A DNA stretch of 64,000 nucleotides. Origin: an uncultured bacterium. Its GTDB lineage: Bacteria; Verrucomicrobiota; Verrucomicrobiia; Limisphaerales; UBA8199. A program made the translations under genes and the position numbers. The stretch is from positions 64,001 through 128,000 of the forward strand of contig CAVVMW010000029.1 in NCBI GenBank assembly GCA_963749495.1, in the 5' to 3' direction. Shown here piece by piece: positions 51,622 through 61,601 of this stretch (positions are counted from its first letter, which is position 1; the number at the start of each line of letters is the position of its first letter). The notes under the pieces were generated by a model. It was not told the origin of the DNA, did no database searches, and saw only the letters and a list, made by a program, of their open reading frames with translations.

Positions 51622-52511
51622 ATGCATATAAAAAAAGTTCTCCTCACGCAATCCTGAACCGCTTTGCCGATGACCTGATTCTGCTGCCGCTCCAGCCCCG
51701 AAGCCAAGAGATCTACTGGGTCTGTGTGCGCCAACTCTCCGATCACTTTGAGCGCTCGCCCAACTTGGTCAGCGCCGAGGAACTCCGCCAGTATTTCATC
51801 CATCTCAAGACCCAGCGGCACTTGGCCCGCCAAACCTCCACGCAGGCTTTGTGTGCCATCAAACTCTTCTGGGAGAAAACCCTCCAGCGGCCCTGGCCGG
51901 CGGAACTGGAGTTTGTGCGCGCCACACCCCAATTCAAGCTGCCAGTTATCCTCTCGGCCGCCGAGGTGCGCACAATTATCGCCCGGGTTGCCCCTCTGGA
52001 CCATCGGGTCGCCCTGACAACGATCTACTCCTGTGGCCTGCGCTTGGGCGAAGCCGTCAACCTGGAAGTCGGCGACATTGATTCCCAACGGATGTTCCTC
52101 CACATCCGGGCGGGCAAAGGCAACCGCGACCGTTACGTGCCCTTGCCCCAGCGCACGCTCGAACTGCTGCGCGAGCTCTGGCGCAGCCACCGCCATCCAC
52201 GATGGCTCTTCCCAGCTAAAGGCCACAGCGGTCTGGGCGCTGCTACCGCCACAGAGCCCATGGACCGCAGCACGCTGCAACAAGCCTTCCGCCGGGCCCT
52301 GCGCGCCAGCGGCATCAGGAAGGCCGCCCACATTCATACGCTGCGCCACAGCTATGCCACCCACCTGCTGGAGCAAGGCGAAAACCTCCGCCAATTGCAG
52401 GTCAACCTCGGCCATCACAGCCCCGTCACCACCGTCATCTATACCCACTTAACCACCCTCTGTCAGACTCAGCACCAGCAGCGCATTAACAAATTCATGG
52501 GCGACCTCTAG
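51622..52511 (+). CDS. Tyrosine recombinase with integron-integrase-like N-terminal domain; probable homopolymer indel at the start
   Basis: YSCGLRLGE, GKGNRDRYVP, HTLRHSYATHLLE, LGH..TTVIYTH. Confidence 0.92.
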
Positions 52512-52522
52512 GCGGCCTCTAA

Positions 52523-53764
52523 ATGGCCGCAGCCGCTCAGCGCAGCGGCAGCTCCTTATCCGTCCACGACGTGTTGTGCCGATGGGCTCCGGCCTATCTG
52601 GAGCAGTTCGGAGCTGCCATGCCCACCCGCCAGCGCCAGGTGCTGCAAAACCTTTTGGTTTGCCGCACCGCGGCCCTGGGCGGGGCGATGTACTATTGCC
52701 CCAAGTGCGACCACCGCCACTTCAGCTACCACTCCTGCAACGACCGGCACTGTCCGCAGTGCGGCGGCCAGGATGCCCAGCAGTGGCTCGATGAGAATAC
52801 CGCCCTGTTGCTGCCGGTGAACTATTTCCTGCTCACCTTCACCGTGCCCGAAGGCTTGCGCCGCTGGATTCGCTCTCACCCCCAAAAGGGCTATGACCTG
52901 CTCCTGGCCGCCAGTTCCCAGGCCCTGCAGGATCTGGCTCAAAATCCCAAACGCCTCGGCGCCACCCTCGGTATGCTGGGGGTGCTCCACACCTGGACGC
53001 GCACCCTCGAATACCATCCCCACGTCCACTACCTGGTCCCCGGCGGCGGCCTCAGCCCAGATCAGCGCCAGTGGATCTCCAGCCGCCCTCGGTTCCTGTT
53101 GCCGGTCAAAGCCCTGAGCGATCGCTGCCGCACGCTTTACCAGGCGGCACTCCAAAAGCAGATGCCCGAGGCCCTTGCCCTCCTGCCGGCCAAAGTCTGG
53201 CAGCAACGCTGGGTCGTTCACAGCGCTGCTGTCGGCAGGGGCCAAAACGCGTTGCGCTACCTCAGCCGTTACGTGTTTAAAACCGCCACCGGCAATCGCC
53301 AACTCCAATTGCTGCCTGACGGACGCTTGCGCTGGCCCTTCCGCCACAGTGCCACGGGGGCTTGGGGCCACATGGACATGGCCCCCTTCGAGTTCCTCCG
53401 CCGCTTCCTCCAGCACGTCCTGCCGCTCAGATTCCATCGGGTCCGCCGCTTTGGCTGGCTCCATCCCGGGGGCCGCGCCCAGTTCAACCGCGTCCGAGCC
53501 CTGCTCAAAATACCGCCCTTACTCTCCGCGGCCGAGAAAGCCGCTTGGCAGCCTCCGACCTCCAGCCCGCCGACTGACCCGCCCTTGGCCGCTCAAGGAG
53601 TCTGCGCCCAGCCCACACCCCTGCCTGTCCGGCAGGCAGGCCTGCTTTGTCCGCATTGTGGCACCGGGCTGGTCCTGGTCGGCTCCTGGCGCCCAGGACA
53701 AAAGGTCATCTCCTTGCCCGACGGCTCCCCCGTCGGCGTCCGCCGCACCATCAGGCCGCCATGA
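52523..53764 (+). CDS. IS91-family (Y2 HUH) transposase with Zn-binding domain
   Basis: CRT..CPKC..HSCNDRHCPQC, LHTW..YHPHVH, YLSRY, FLQHVLP..RVRRFG. Confidence 0.92.
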   Translation: MAAAAQRSGSSLSVHDVLCRWAPAYLEQFGAAMPTRQRQVLQNLLVCRTAALGGAMYYCPKCDHRHFSYHSCNDRHCPQCGGQDAQQWLDENTALLLPVNYFLLTFTVPEGLRRWIRSHPQKGYDLLLAASSQALQDLAQNPKRLGATLGMLGVLHTWTRTLEYHPHVHYLVPGGGLSPDQRQWISSRPRFLLPVKALSDRCRTLYQAALQKQMPEALALLPAKVWQQRWVVHSAAVGRGQNALRYLSRYVFKTATGNRQLQLLPDGRLRWPFRHSATGAWGHMDMAPFEFLRRFLQHVLPLRFHRVRRFGWLHPGGRAQFNRVRALLKIPPLLSAAEKAAWQPPTSSPPTDPPLAAQGVCAQPTPLPVRQAGLLCPHCGTGLVLVGSWRPGQKVISLPDGSPVGVRRTIRPP

Positions 53765-54161
53765 AAACTACGCCCTGGACCACCTCACTGCTCGTTCCGG
53801 CTGGGGGGCCAACTCCCACCCCCGCGCTTTGTTCGCGTGGCACCCGCTTGAGCGTCCCAACTGGCCAGTGGCCGATCCCGGAGCCTCGACAACGCTGCCG
53901 CCCCGTCAGCACCGGGACTGGCGCAGGTTGGCACGGCTCTGGCCCGTCCCCAAAAGCCTCGACCGCAGACCGTAGTCAAAGGCAAATCCAGGACTTTCCG
54001 CAGTACCCCCAAGGATGGCCCAACGAACCTTGGGCCGCGGCTTCGTTCAACCCAGGAATGTAGAGAACACGGGGGCGGACCCAACTTCTCCAAAGTCACT
54101 TCTGTATTCCCGAGTCCCGCCTTATCTCGCCCCCGCGTTCTCTACATTCCTTTTTCTGTTG

Positions 54162-54332
54162 CGCGGAACGCGCTACCCTGGGGTCAGGCCACCAAACGCT
54201 CAAAACCCCGAAGGGGTTTCAGCGGTCAGAAGGGATACAACCCCTTCAGGGTAGCTGCTCAGAGGGCGCGTGACCCAGGGTAGCGCGTTCCGCGCGACCC
54301 TGGGCTGAGTGATCACAAGCCCTTCGGGCTAC
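54162..54332. repeat. Large REP-type palindrome (right part; left part at about 51406-51455)
   Basis: GCGCGGAACGCGCTACCCTGGG / CCCAGGGTAGCGCGTTCCGCGC with internal AACCCCGAAGGGGTT-type hairpins. Confidence 0.85.
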
Positions 54333-54390
54333 TGCTTTGAGTGTGGTTTGTCACAGGCGACGCGACCAGGAGCCAGCGTCTCACCGGAGG

Positions 54391-54418
54391 TTTCACGTTT
54401 CACGTTTCACGTTTCACG
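54391..54418 (-). repeat. (TTTCACG)x4, reverse complement of the 50769 array
   Basis: Read directly. Confidence 0.9.
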
Positions 54419-54487
54419 CATGGCGTAGCGGCGCCCGGGAAGTTGAACAAGAGGTAACGGAGAGAACAGAGGCAGGAACAGGCCTCT

Positions 54488-54534
54488 CCTTTAGCCTTTA
54501 GCCTTTAGCCTTTAGCCTTTAGCCTTTAGCCTTT
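54488..54534. repeat. (CCTTTAG)x6 array overlapping the hemH 3' end
   Basis: Read directly; supplies the codons KAKG and the TAA stop. Confidence 0.92.
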
Positions 54535-55541
54535 CCCCACCTCCCGACCATCCCTTCCAGCGCGTCCAGCCAGAGCGGGTGCTCGTTCAGGCAGGGGACG
54601 AGGGTGAACTGGGTGCCGCCGGCGCCCAGGAAGGTGTCGCGGCCGCGCAGGCCCATTTCTTCGAGGGTCTCCAGGCAATCCGAGACAAAGGCCGGGCAGA
54701 TGACCATGAGCCGCTTGATGCCGCGCCGGGGCATTGCGGCCAACTCGTGATCCGTGTAAGGCCGCAGCCACGGGTATCGGCCCAGGCGCGACTGGAATGC
54801 GACCGAGTATTTGCCGTCGGGGATGCCGGCCTGCTTGACAAAGCCCGACACGGTCTTGAAACACTGGGCGCGGTAACAGGTGGCATGGGCTGGGCTGGGC
54901 GTCCGGCAGCAGTCCGTCACGGTCAGGCAATGGCGACCCGTCGGGTCCGCCTTGCGGATCTGCCGCTCCGGCAGCCCGTGGAAGCTGAAGAGCAGGTGGT
55001 CGTAACCGCCTTTGAGGCAAGCCGCCGCGCTGCCCACCAGGGCGGCGATGTAATCCGGGTGATCAAAAAAGGGCGGCTGGACCTTCAAGGCCATCCGCGG
55101 CGTCAACTGCGCCACGACCTGCTTCACGCGCTCGACGGCGCTCTCATAGCTCGACAGGGCGTAGTGCGGGAAGAGCGGGATGAGCAGCGTCTCCTGGACG
55201 GCCCGGTCCGCCAGGGCGCGCACCGCCTGCGGGATCGACGGGTGCTGGTAGCGCATCGCCAGTTCCACGGGCATCGGGAGCCGCCGCGCCAACTGTGCCT
55301 GCACGTTCCAGCTTGTCACGATCAGCGGCGAGCCGGAGGCGGTCCAGATCTTGTGATAGGCCTCGGCCGATCGCCGTGGACGCCTGGGCAGGATGGCGAA
55401 ATGCACGATGCAGAAGCGCGCCAGCCAGTTCACGTCCAGCACGCGCCCGTCCATGAGGAACTCGCGCAAATACCGCCGCACCGCCGGCACCGACGGGGCG
55501 TCGGGCGAACCCAGGTTGACCAGGAGCACGGCCTTGTTCAT
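54519..55541 (-). CDS. hemH: Ferrochelatase
   Basis: LLVNLGSP, GSPL, LAMRY, LFSFHGLP, FQSRLG..WLRPYT, FVSDCLETLEE. Confidence 0.95.
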   Translation of the reverse strand: MNKAVLLVNLGSPDAPSVPAVRRYLREFLMDGRVLDVNWLARFCIVHFAILPRRPRRSAEAYHKIWTASGSPLIVTSWNVQAQLARRLPMPVELAMRYQHPSIPQAVRALADRAVQETLLIPLFPHYALSSYESAVERVKQVVAQLTPRMALKVQPPFFDHPDYIAALVGSAAACLKGGYDHLLFSFHGLPERQIRKADPTGRHCLTVTDCCRTPSPAHATCYRAQCFKTVSGFVKQAGIPDGKYSVAFQSRLGRYPWLRPYTDHELAAMPRRGIKRLMVICPAFVSDCLETLEEMGLRGRDTFLGAGGTQFTLVPCLNEHPLWLDALEGMVGRWGKAKG

Positions 55542-56934
55542 CCCAGATATTGCGCCACCCGCTCGGCGATATTGCACCCGGAGAGGATCGAATCGCTCAA
55601 CGAGACACCGTCGCGGTAATGGCCGGCAAAGAAGAGCCCGGCGCCTCCCGTTCGATCTGCGAGAGCAGTTCCCGGTAGCGGCCATAGCCGAGGTTGTACT
55701 GCGGGATGGCGCGAGGATAGAAGACGATGTGCTGGTAGGTCGGCCTGCCTTTGACGCCCAGCAGGGGGCGCAAATCCTCGCACGTCAGGGCGGCCAGGTC
55801 CGGGGGCGGCAGCGAGGCCAGTTCCGGGTAACGCTCCCCGCCGACGTAACTGGTCAAGGCCAGGTGCCCCGCCGGGGCCCGGTTAGGAAACAGCGATGAC
55901 GAGAAGATGGTGCCCAGGATCTTGAATCCCTCGATCTTCGGGATGAGCATGCCGAACCCCTGGCAGGGATGCTCGACGTCCTGGCGGCGGAAGCCGAGCA
56001 CGACGCTGGCCACGGGCGGGTAGCGTATCTGGGCGAAGGGGGCGAAGCTCAACGGCGGCTGCGCCTGGACCTGCAGCTCGGCCAGCTTGTAGGCGGTGCC
56101 GGCATAGACGACGGCGCTGTGCCCGGCGCGAACCTCCCCGCCATCCTGGCGCGCCTCGACCGTCCAGGCCCCGTCCTGGCCCGGCCTCTGCACGAGCCGG
56201 GTGACGGCGGTCCCCAGGCGGACGGCCTTGCCGAGGCGCTGGCGCAGCGTCTCCGGCAGCACCTGCAGGCCCTCGTCGAACGAGAATTTCGGCGCGCGGT
56301 CCTTGGCCACTTCGCCGCGCCGTTTCCGCTCACGCGCCCCAAAAATCTGTCCCTTGATCAGCGAACCGTAGCGCGCCTCCAGTTGCCCCAGCTTCGGAAA
56401 GGCCTGCCCCACCGAGAGCTTCCACGGGTCGCCCGCATAGACCCCCGCCACCAGCGCGTCAATGGCCTGGTCAAGAAACTCCCGGCCCAGCCGGCGCAGG
56501 ACGAACTCGGCCACGCTCTCCTCTTTGCCATCGCGGCGCGGCGGCACGAACGGCTCGCGCAGCACCGCCAGCTTGGCCTTCGCAGTGAAGAGCCGGGTGG
56601 TGAAGAAGCCCAGTGGCGAAAGGGGCATCTCCATCGGCCGGCCGTAGCGCACCACGTAGCGCGCCCCCGCCTTGGGGTCGGGGTCCAGCCGCCGCCCGGC
56701 CAGCCCCGCGTCCTGGATCAATTGGGCTATCCTGGGCGAGGTCTCCAGGATTGTGTTGGGCCCGAATTCGGCCAGGTAACCGCTCTCGCGGATGGACTCG
56801 ATGACGCCCCCCACCCGGCGGCTTGCCTCATAGAGCGTTACCGGCACGCCCCGGCGCTGCAGGCAAAAGGCCGCCGTCAAGCCGGTGACGCCGCCACCGA
56901 TGATGGCAACCGGTTCAAGAGACTCGAGGGACAT
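55538..56934 (-). CDS. hemG: Protoporphyrinogen oxidase (HemY-type); frameshift near 55640
   Basis: IIGGGVTGLTAA, EFGPNT, GVYAGDP, GFGML, AIPQY; tail GLFFAGHYRDGVSLSDSILSG in the 55538 frame. Confidence 0.9.
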
Positions 56935-56954
56935 AAGAGACGGCGCGCGCCGGG

Positions 56955-58322
56955 TCAGATTGTCCGGGAGAACCGGTTCTCCTTGCGGGTGGCGGCATAG
57001 GCGTCGAACCGCATGGCGATGTTGCGGATCAACAGGCGCCCCAAGTCCGTCACCACCAGGCCCTCCGGCGTCTTGAGGAGCAAACCGTCGGCCTCCATGT
57101 CGTCCAGCGAATCCAACTCACGGGCGAAATGCTCCTTGAAGTCGATCCCCAACAACCTCGACATGGCGGTGAAATCCAGGCCCAGGTCGCACATGAGCCG
57201 CATGATGGTCAGGCGGCGGAGCTTGTCCTCGGCGGTCATGAGATAGCCGCGATGCACCGGGAGCCTGCCCGCGTTGAGCGCCGCGTAATACTCGGGGAGT
57301 TCCTTGTGGTTCTGCCAGTAGAACCCCTCCGCCTGCGAGATCGAGGACATGCCGAAGGCGTAGATGTCCGCCCCGCCTCGAGTGCTGTAGCCCTGGAAAT
57401 TGCGCTGGAGAGTCTTCTGTTTCTGGGCCACCGCCAGTTCGTCCCCGGCCAGCGCGAAGTGGTCCATGCCGATATAGACGTAGCCCTCGGCGGTGAGCTT
57501 CTCGATGGTCAGCTTGAGCAACTCCAGCTTGGTCTCGGGCGTGGGCAGCGCCTCCACCTTCAGTATCTTCTGGGCCGGTTTCATCCAGGGCACGTGCGCG
57601 TAGTTGAAGACCGCAAAGCGGTCCGGGCGCAACGTCAGGATCTCGTCGAGGGTCTTGAGGAACGATGCCGGGGCCTGGTGCGGGAGGCCGTAGATCAAGT
57701 CGATGTTGACGGAGTGAAAGCCGGTCTCACGCATCCACTCGACCACGCGCCGGGTCATCTCGAAGGGCTGGATGCGATGGACCGCCTTCTGCACCACCGG
57801 GTCGTTGTCCTGGACGCCCATCGAGGCGCGGTTGAATCCCACCTCGCGCAGGGCGGCCAGGTGGTCGCGCGTCAGGCGGCGCGGATCCACTTCCACCCCC
57901 GCCTCAACGTCCTCGGCCAGGGTGAATCGCGCATGGATGCGCTCGCCCAAGGCCCGGATCTCGTCGGGCGCCGAAAACGTCGGCGTGCCGCCGCCAAAAT
58001 GGAGCTGCACCACCTTCCGCTTCGGGTTGAGCAGCGGCCTCATCAGGTCCATCTCCCGCTCCAGGTAACCGATGTACTCCCCGCTCTTCCTGGGGTCCAG
58101 CGTGATGACGGTCGTACACCCGCAAAACCAGCAGAGCGAATAGCAGAATGGCAAATGGAAATAGAGCGAGAGGTCGCGCTCGGTCCGGTTGTTGGCCCGG
58201 ATCCGCTCGATAAACACCTCCGGCGGGATCTCGTCCGTGAAGTGCGTCGCCGGCGGATAAGAGGTGTAGCGCGGCCCGGGGACGTTGTATTTCCTGATCA
58301 ACTCGAGATCGACTTTAAGCAT
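56955..58322 (-). CDS. hemN: Oxygen-independent coproporphyrinogen III oxidase
   Basis: GPRYTSYP, LYFHLPFCYSLCWFCGC, HFGGGTP, YIGMDHFA, RNFQGY. Confidence 0.96.
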   Translation of the reverse strand: MLKVDLELIRKYNVPGPRYTSYPPATHFTDEIPPEVFIERIRANNRTERDLSLYFHLPFCYSLCWFCGCTTVITLDPRKSGEYIGYLEREMDLMRPLLNPKRKVVQLHFGGGTPTFSAPDEIRALGERIHARFTLAEDVEAGVEVDPRRLTRDHLAALREVGFNRASMGVQDNDPVVQKAVHRIQPFEMTRRVVEWMRETGFHSVNIDLIYGLPHQAPASFLKTLDEILTLRPDRFAVFNYAHVPWMKPAQKILKVEALPTPETKLELLKLTIEKLTAEGYVYIGMDHFALAGDELAVAQKQKTLQRNFQGYSTRGGADIYAFGMSSISQAEGFYWQNHKELPEYYAALNAGRLPVHRGYLMTAEDKLRRLTIMRLMCDLGLDFTAMSRLLGIDFKEHFARELDSLDDMEADGLLLKTPEGLVVTDLGRLLIRNIAMRFDAYAATRKENRFSRTI

Positions 58323-58456
58323 ACGACAAGATTCGCACCGTCCAACATAACCCCGGGCCGTGCCCAATTCCAGCCTGGCGCGCCCGCCAAGCCGGGTGGA
58401 TGTGGCGGCAGCACCACCCGGGCAAGAATGCCGCAACGCACCCTGCGGGTCGCCGG

Positions 58457-58718
58457 TTTCATCCCGGAGGGATGAAAGAGGGTAGCCGGGGGTCGAAGCG
58501 CAGCGAGACCCCCGGTTGAGCGGCATCGGGGGTCTGCATCCCGGAGGGATGCCAGAGGGCCTTCGAGCTCGAGAGCGGGGCATTCTGGCACCCCGTTCCG
58601 GGGTGCAGGCCCTTTCTGCGCGCCGACCGGGGGTCAGGGCGATGCCGCGACCCCCGGCTACCATCTGGCAACCCTCCGTTGCCGCCTCTGGCCCCTCGTC
58701 CCTCGTCCCTCGCCCCTC
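58457..58718. repeat. REP-type palindrome plus short (CCCTCGT)n run between hemE and hemN
   Basis: TTTCATCCCGGAGGGATGAAA..GGTAGCCGGGGGTCG / CGACCCCCGGCTACC. Confidence 0.75.
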
Positions 58719-58722
58719 TCAT

Positions 58723-59806
58723 TTATTTGGGTGGCCGGTAATTGCGGACCAGCGTGACCAGGGCCTCGATATTCTCGAGCTTCGCCCCCGGCGGCACGCC
58801 ATGGCCGAGATTGAAAATGTGGCCTGGCCGGTGGCGCATCCCGTGCAGGAGCAGGACCGTCTCGGTGGCCATGTCCGCAAACTCGGAGCAGAGGAGGAAC
58901 GGGTCCAGGTTGCCCTGCACCGCCACGCGCGGGGGCAGTTGTGCCGCCACGTCTGGCAGGCTGACGGTCCAGTCCAGGCCCAGGACCTGCGCGCCTGTCC
59001 CCAGCAGGTCGCCCCAATTGCCGTGTACGCCCTTGGCGAACACGATCACCGGCACCCGCTTCCCGAGCGAGCCGATGATTTGCTCCATCCATTTCAGCCG
59101 AGGCGCCCGCATACGCGTAGGTCGAGAGCACCCCGCCCAGGCTGTCAAAAATCTGGACCGCATCGGCCCCGGCGTCAATTTGCAGTTGCAGGAACGCGCT
59201 CACCGCCCGCGTCAGCTTCTCCATCAGGCGATTGAAAAGCTCCGGGTCGGAATAAAGCAGCGCCTTGGCCTTGGTGTATTCCTTGACCCCGCCGCCCTCC
59301 ATCATGAAATTGGCCAGTGTCCAGGGCGAACCGGCGAAACCCAGCAAGGCCGTGCTCGTGCCCAGGGCCGAGCGGATCATCGGCAGGGCGCGCGCCACAT
59401 ATTGCAGCCGCTCCGTCACCGCCTTTTCCTCCAACCGTTCGATGTCCGCGGCGCGGTTGAGCAAAAACTCCATCTCGATCCCGCCCTGGTCCCGGAAACG
59501 GTAGCGCTGTCCCATCCCTTCGGCCACCACCAGGATGTCGCTGAAGAGTATCGCCGCGTCGAACCCGAATCGCCGCACCGGCTGGAGCGTCACCTCCGCC
59601 GCCAACTCCGGCGTCTGCACCAGCTCCAGGAAGCCGTGCTTCTGTTTGAGCGCGCGGTATTCGGGCAGCGCGCGCCCCGCCTGGCGCATCAGCCAGATCG
59701 GCGGCCGATCCAACGGGCGGCAACGGCAGGCCGCCAGGAATCGCTGCCGGCCCGTCAGGTCGGACGGCCCCTTGCCCGGCCTGGCCGCGTCTGCGCTCTT
59801 GTTCAT
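58723..59806 (-). CDS. hemE: Uroporphyrinogen decarboxylase; frameshift near 59098
   Basis: WLMRQAGR.LPEY, DAAILFSDIL, GFAGSPWTLA, QIFDS; VQGNLDP and IFNLGHGV in the second frame. Confidence 0.93.
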
Positions 59807-60094
59807 CAGTTAATTTAGATGGCCAACGGGGAGTTCACTCGAAGCGCCGCCGCTGGTTGGTTTGCCTGTTCCAGGCTCGCCCAGGATAGCAGGACCGACC
59901 GGCAGGTCAACTCAGGGCGCCGTGTCGAGATGCGCCCCAGGGCCGAAGGCCCGTCATGTGATAGCCCGGGCTGGAGCGAAGCGGAGGCCCGGGTGAGCGA
60001 GTGCCCCGCGAAAACGGCTCGGCCTGTAGGGCCGAGACCCACGGCCCACGAAGGTGACATGATCATTTTTTCACCGCAACAGGTTTAATTGGGT

Positions 60095-60307
60095 TTAATT
60101 GGGTTTAATGGGGCCTCTGGTCGGCAGTCCGGCGACGGTGGCCCCAGCGCACTGCTCGCTGAAATAGGCGGCGAGCACGGCCTGAACCTCGGGCAGCGAA
60201 TTGAGCCAGGCGGCGAGGTCTTTGGCTTCCTGGCCGTCGTCGAGCCGCTGGTTGAGCTGGTCGCGTATGGCGCGGGGGAGAGGGGCGATTTTGCCGTTGC
60301 GGCTCAT
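60095..60307 (-). pseudogene. Fragment of a DUF3486/phage Gp27-like protein
   Basis: MSRNGKIAPLPRAIRDQLNQRLDDG..WLNSLPEVQAVL; ends in a (GGTTTAATTG)x3 repeat. Confidence 0.55.
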
Positions 60308-60644
60308 TGGGCGGCGCGGCAGGGCTCCCGCGAGTTCAGGGGGGGATGCTCGTGATTCAAGTTTACGGGGTAATTCCATGGCGGAGTTGGCGAGACCTCA
60401 TTATTGGAATTTCTCATGGACGCCACTTTGCGCCGCCTCGACCGCTCCTGTCCACGGACAGAGCGGACTGTTCGGACAATGCGGAGTTTTTACGCTTGGG
60501 CCGGCTATCGATGGGGTGGATTTTGGCCGCCCGCGAAACGGCAATAGCGGGTTTGTGTGAATGTCCTCGCGCCGATCCCCACGGGTACGGGACAAAATAG
60601 TAACCATTAGAGCTGTTCATTTCCGCGTATTTCGCGTATTTCGC

Positions 60645-61443
60645 TCGCAGCCCATAAGGCTGCCAGTCCAGCCGGTGGAAGTCCGGCGATGGTAACTGAC
60701 GATGAACCATACAGTGATAACCGACGCGGGAAGGGGCGACCCGACCCGCGAAAGCTCGGTCGTAAAAGTCCTGGCCGGAGCAGGGCGAGCAACACCTCCA
60801 GGCCGTAGCATAAAGCGAAAGCTGCAGCTTCGTTACGTTACCCACGGGTTCCGGATTCGTGGGATTTGTGACTGCCGAGCCGGTGCGAAAACGGCGAAGG
60901 CACAACCAACGATGAAGGCATCGTCGCAGGCAATCGTTGGAGTCACCGGAGTACGGGCGGCGGCATGGGGTGAAAGGACTGGCAGAGTAAATTGGGGACC
61001 CTCTGGGGCTGGCGGGTTGGCCCCGCAGCCTGGCGGAATAATGCATAAGCCGCTGGGTGGCCAACAGAGGCGCACATGTGGCCATAGTAAGCGAGGAGCC
61101 GACCGGACAGCACAACCGGTTGGGGAGCCAAGGGCCACTGGACCCGCGGTCGTGGTCAGAAGTTCTCGGTGCCGCTTGGACGCAAGTCCGACTACGGAAC
61201 AACCGCCGGGGACGGAGATACCGACGGTGACGGCCTATAAGCGGGCGGTAGCACGCCCGCGAAGGTGGCCGTGGCGTCAGGCGGGTTTGAAGCCGGTACT
61301 GGGGAAAACCCACCGTACGGAATTTTAGAGGGGGCAGAGGAAACGAAGTGAATGGCCTGATGACCGTTTGCCACGATGCCCGAAAGGGCCGATACACTGG
61401 AAGTCATTGGCCTAATCATGTTCGCGCCTCTGCTCTACTCGAT
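60645..61443 (+). ncRNA. ORF-less group II intron, copy 2 (799 nt)
   Basis: Same length as copy 1 with four substitutions found by eye; flanks rejoin to match the empty site at 14245-14312. Confidence 0.88.
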
Positions 61444-61454
61444 GGTTCATTCTT

Positions 61455-61601
61455 CTGCGGGACGAGCATCGGGCGCAGGTGCAAAACTACCTCAAGGCGA
61501 CCCGGTTCAAGCTCGGGCTGTTGGTCAACTTTGGCCATTATCCCAAAGTCCAAATTGAGCGCATCGTGGCGGAGCGGGGCCGATACGGCCATGGCACCTG
61601 A
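61455..61601 (+). pseudogene. C-terminal remnant of a GxxExxY (PD-(D/E)XK-like) protein
   Basis: LRDEHRAQVQNYLKATRFKLGLLVNFGHYPKVQIERIV. Confidence 0.85.

Larger units (their letters stand above)
51456..54161 (+). mobile_element. IS91-like element (tyrosine recombinase plus Y2 transposase) inserted in a REP arm
   Basis: GTTG direct repeat at 51452-51455 and 54158-54161; removing the element restores an arm complementary to the REP arm near 54275-54308. Confidence 0.85.

Noticed and set aside
51622..52511. Integron with cassette array
   Set aside because: The recombinase lacks an obvious IntI-specific insertion, is paired with an IS91 transposase, and has no cassette array.
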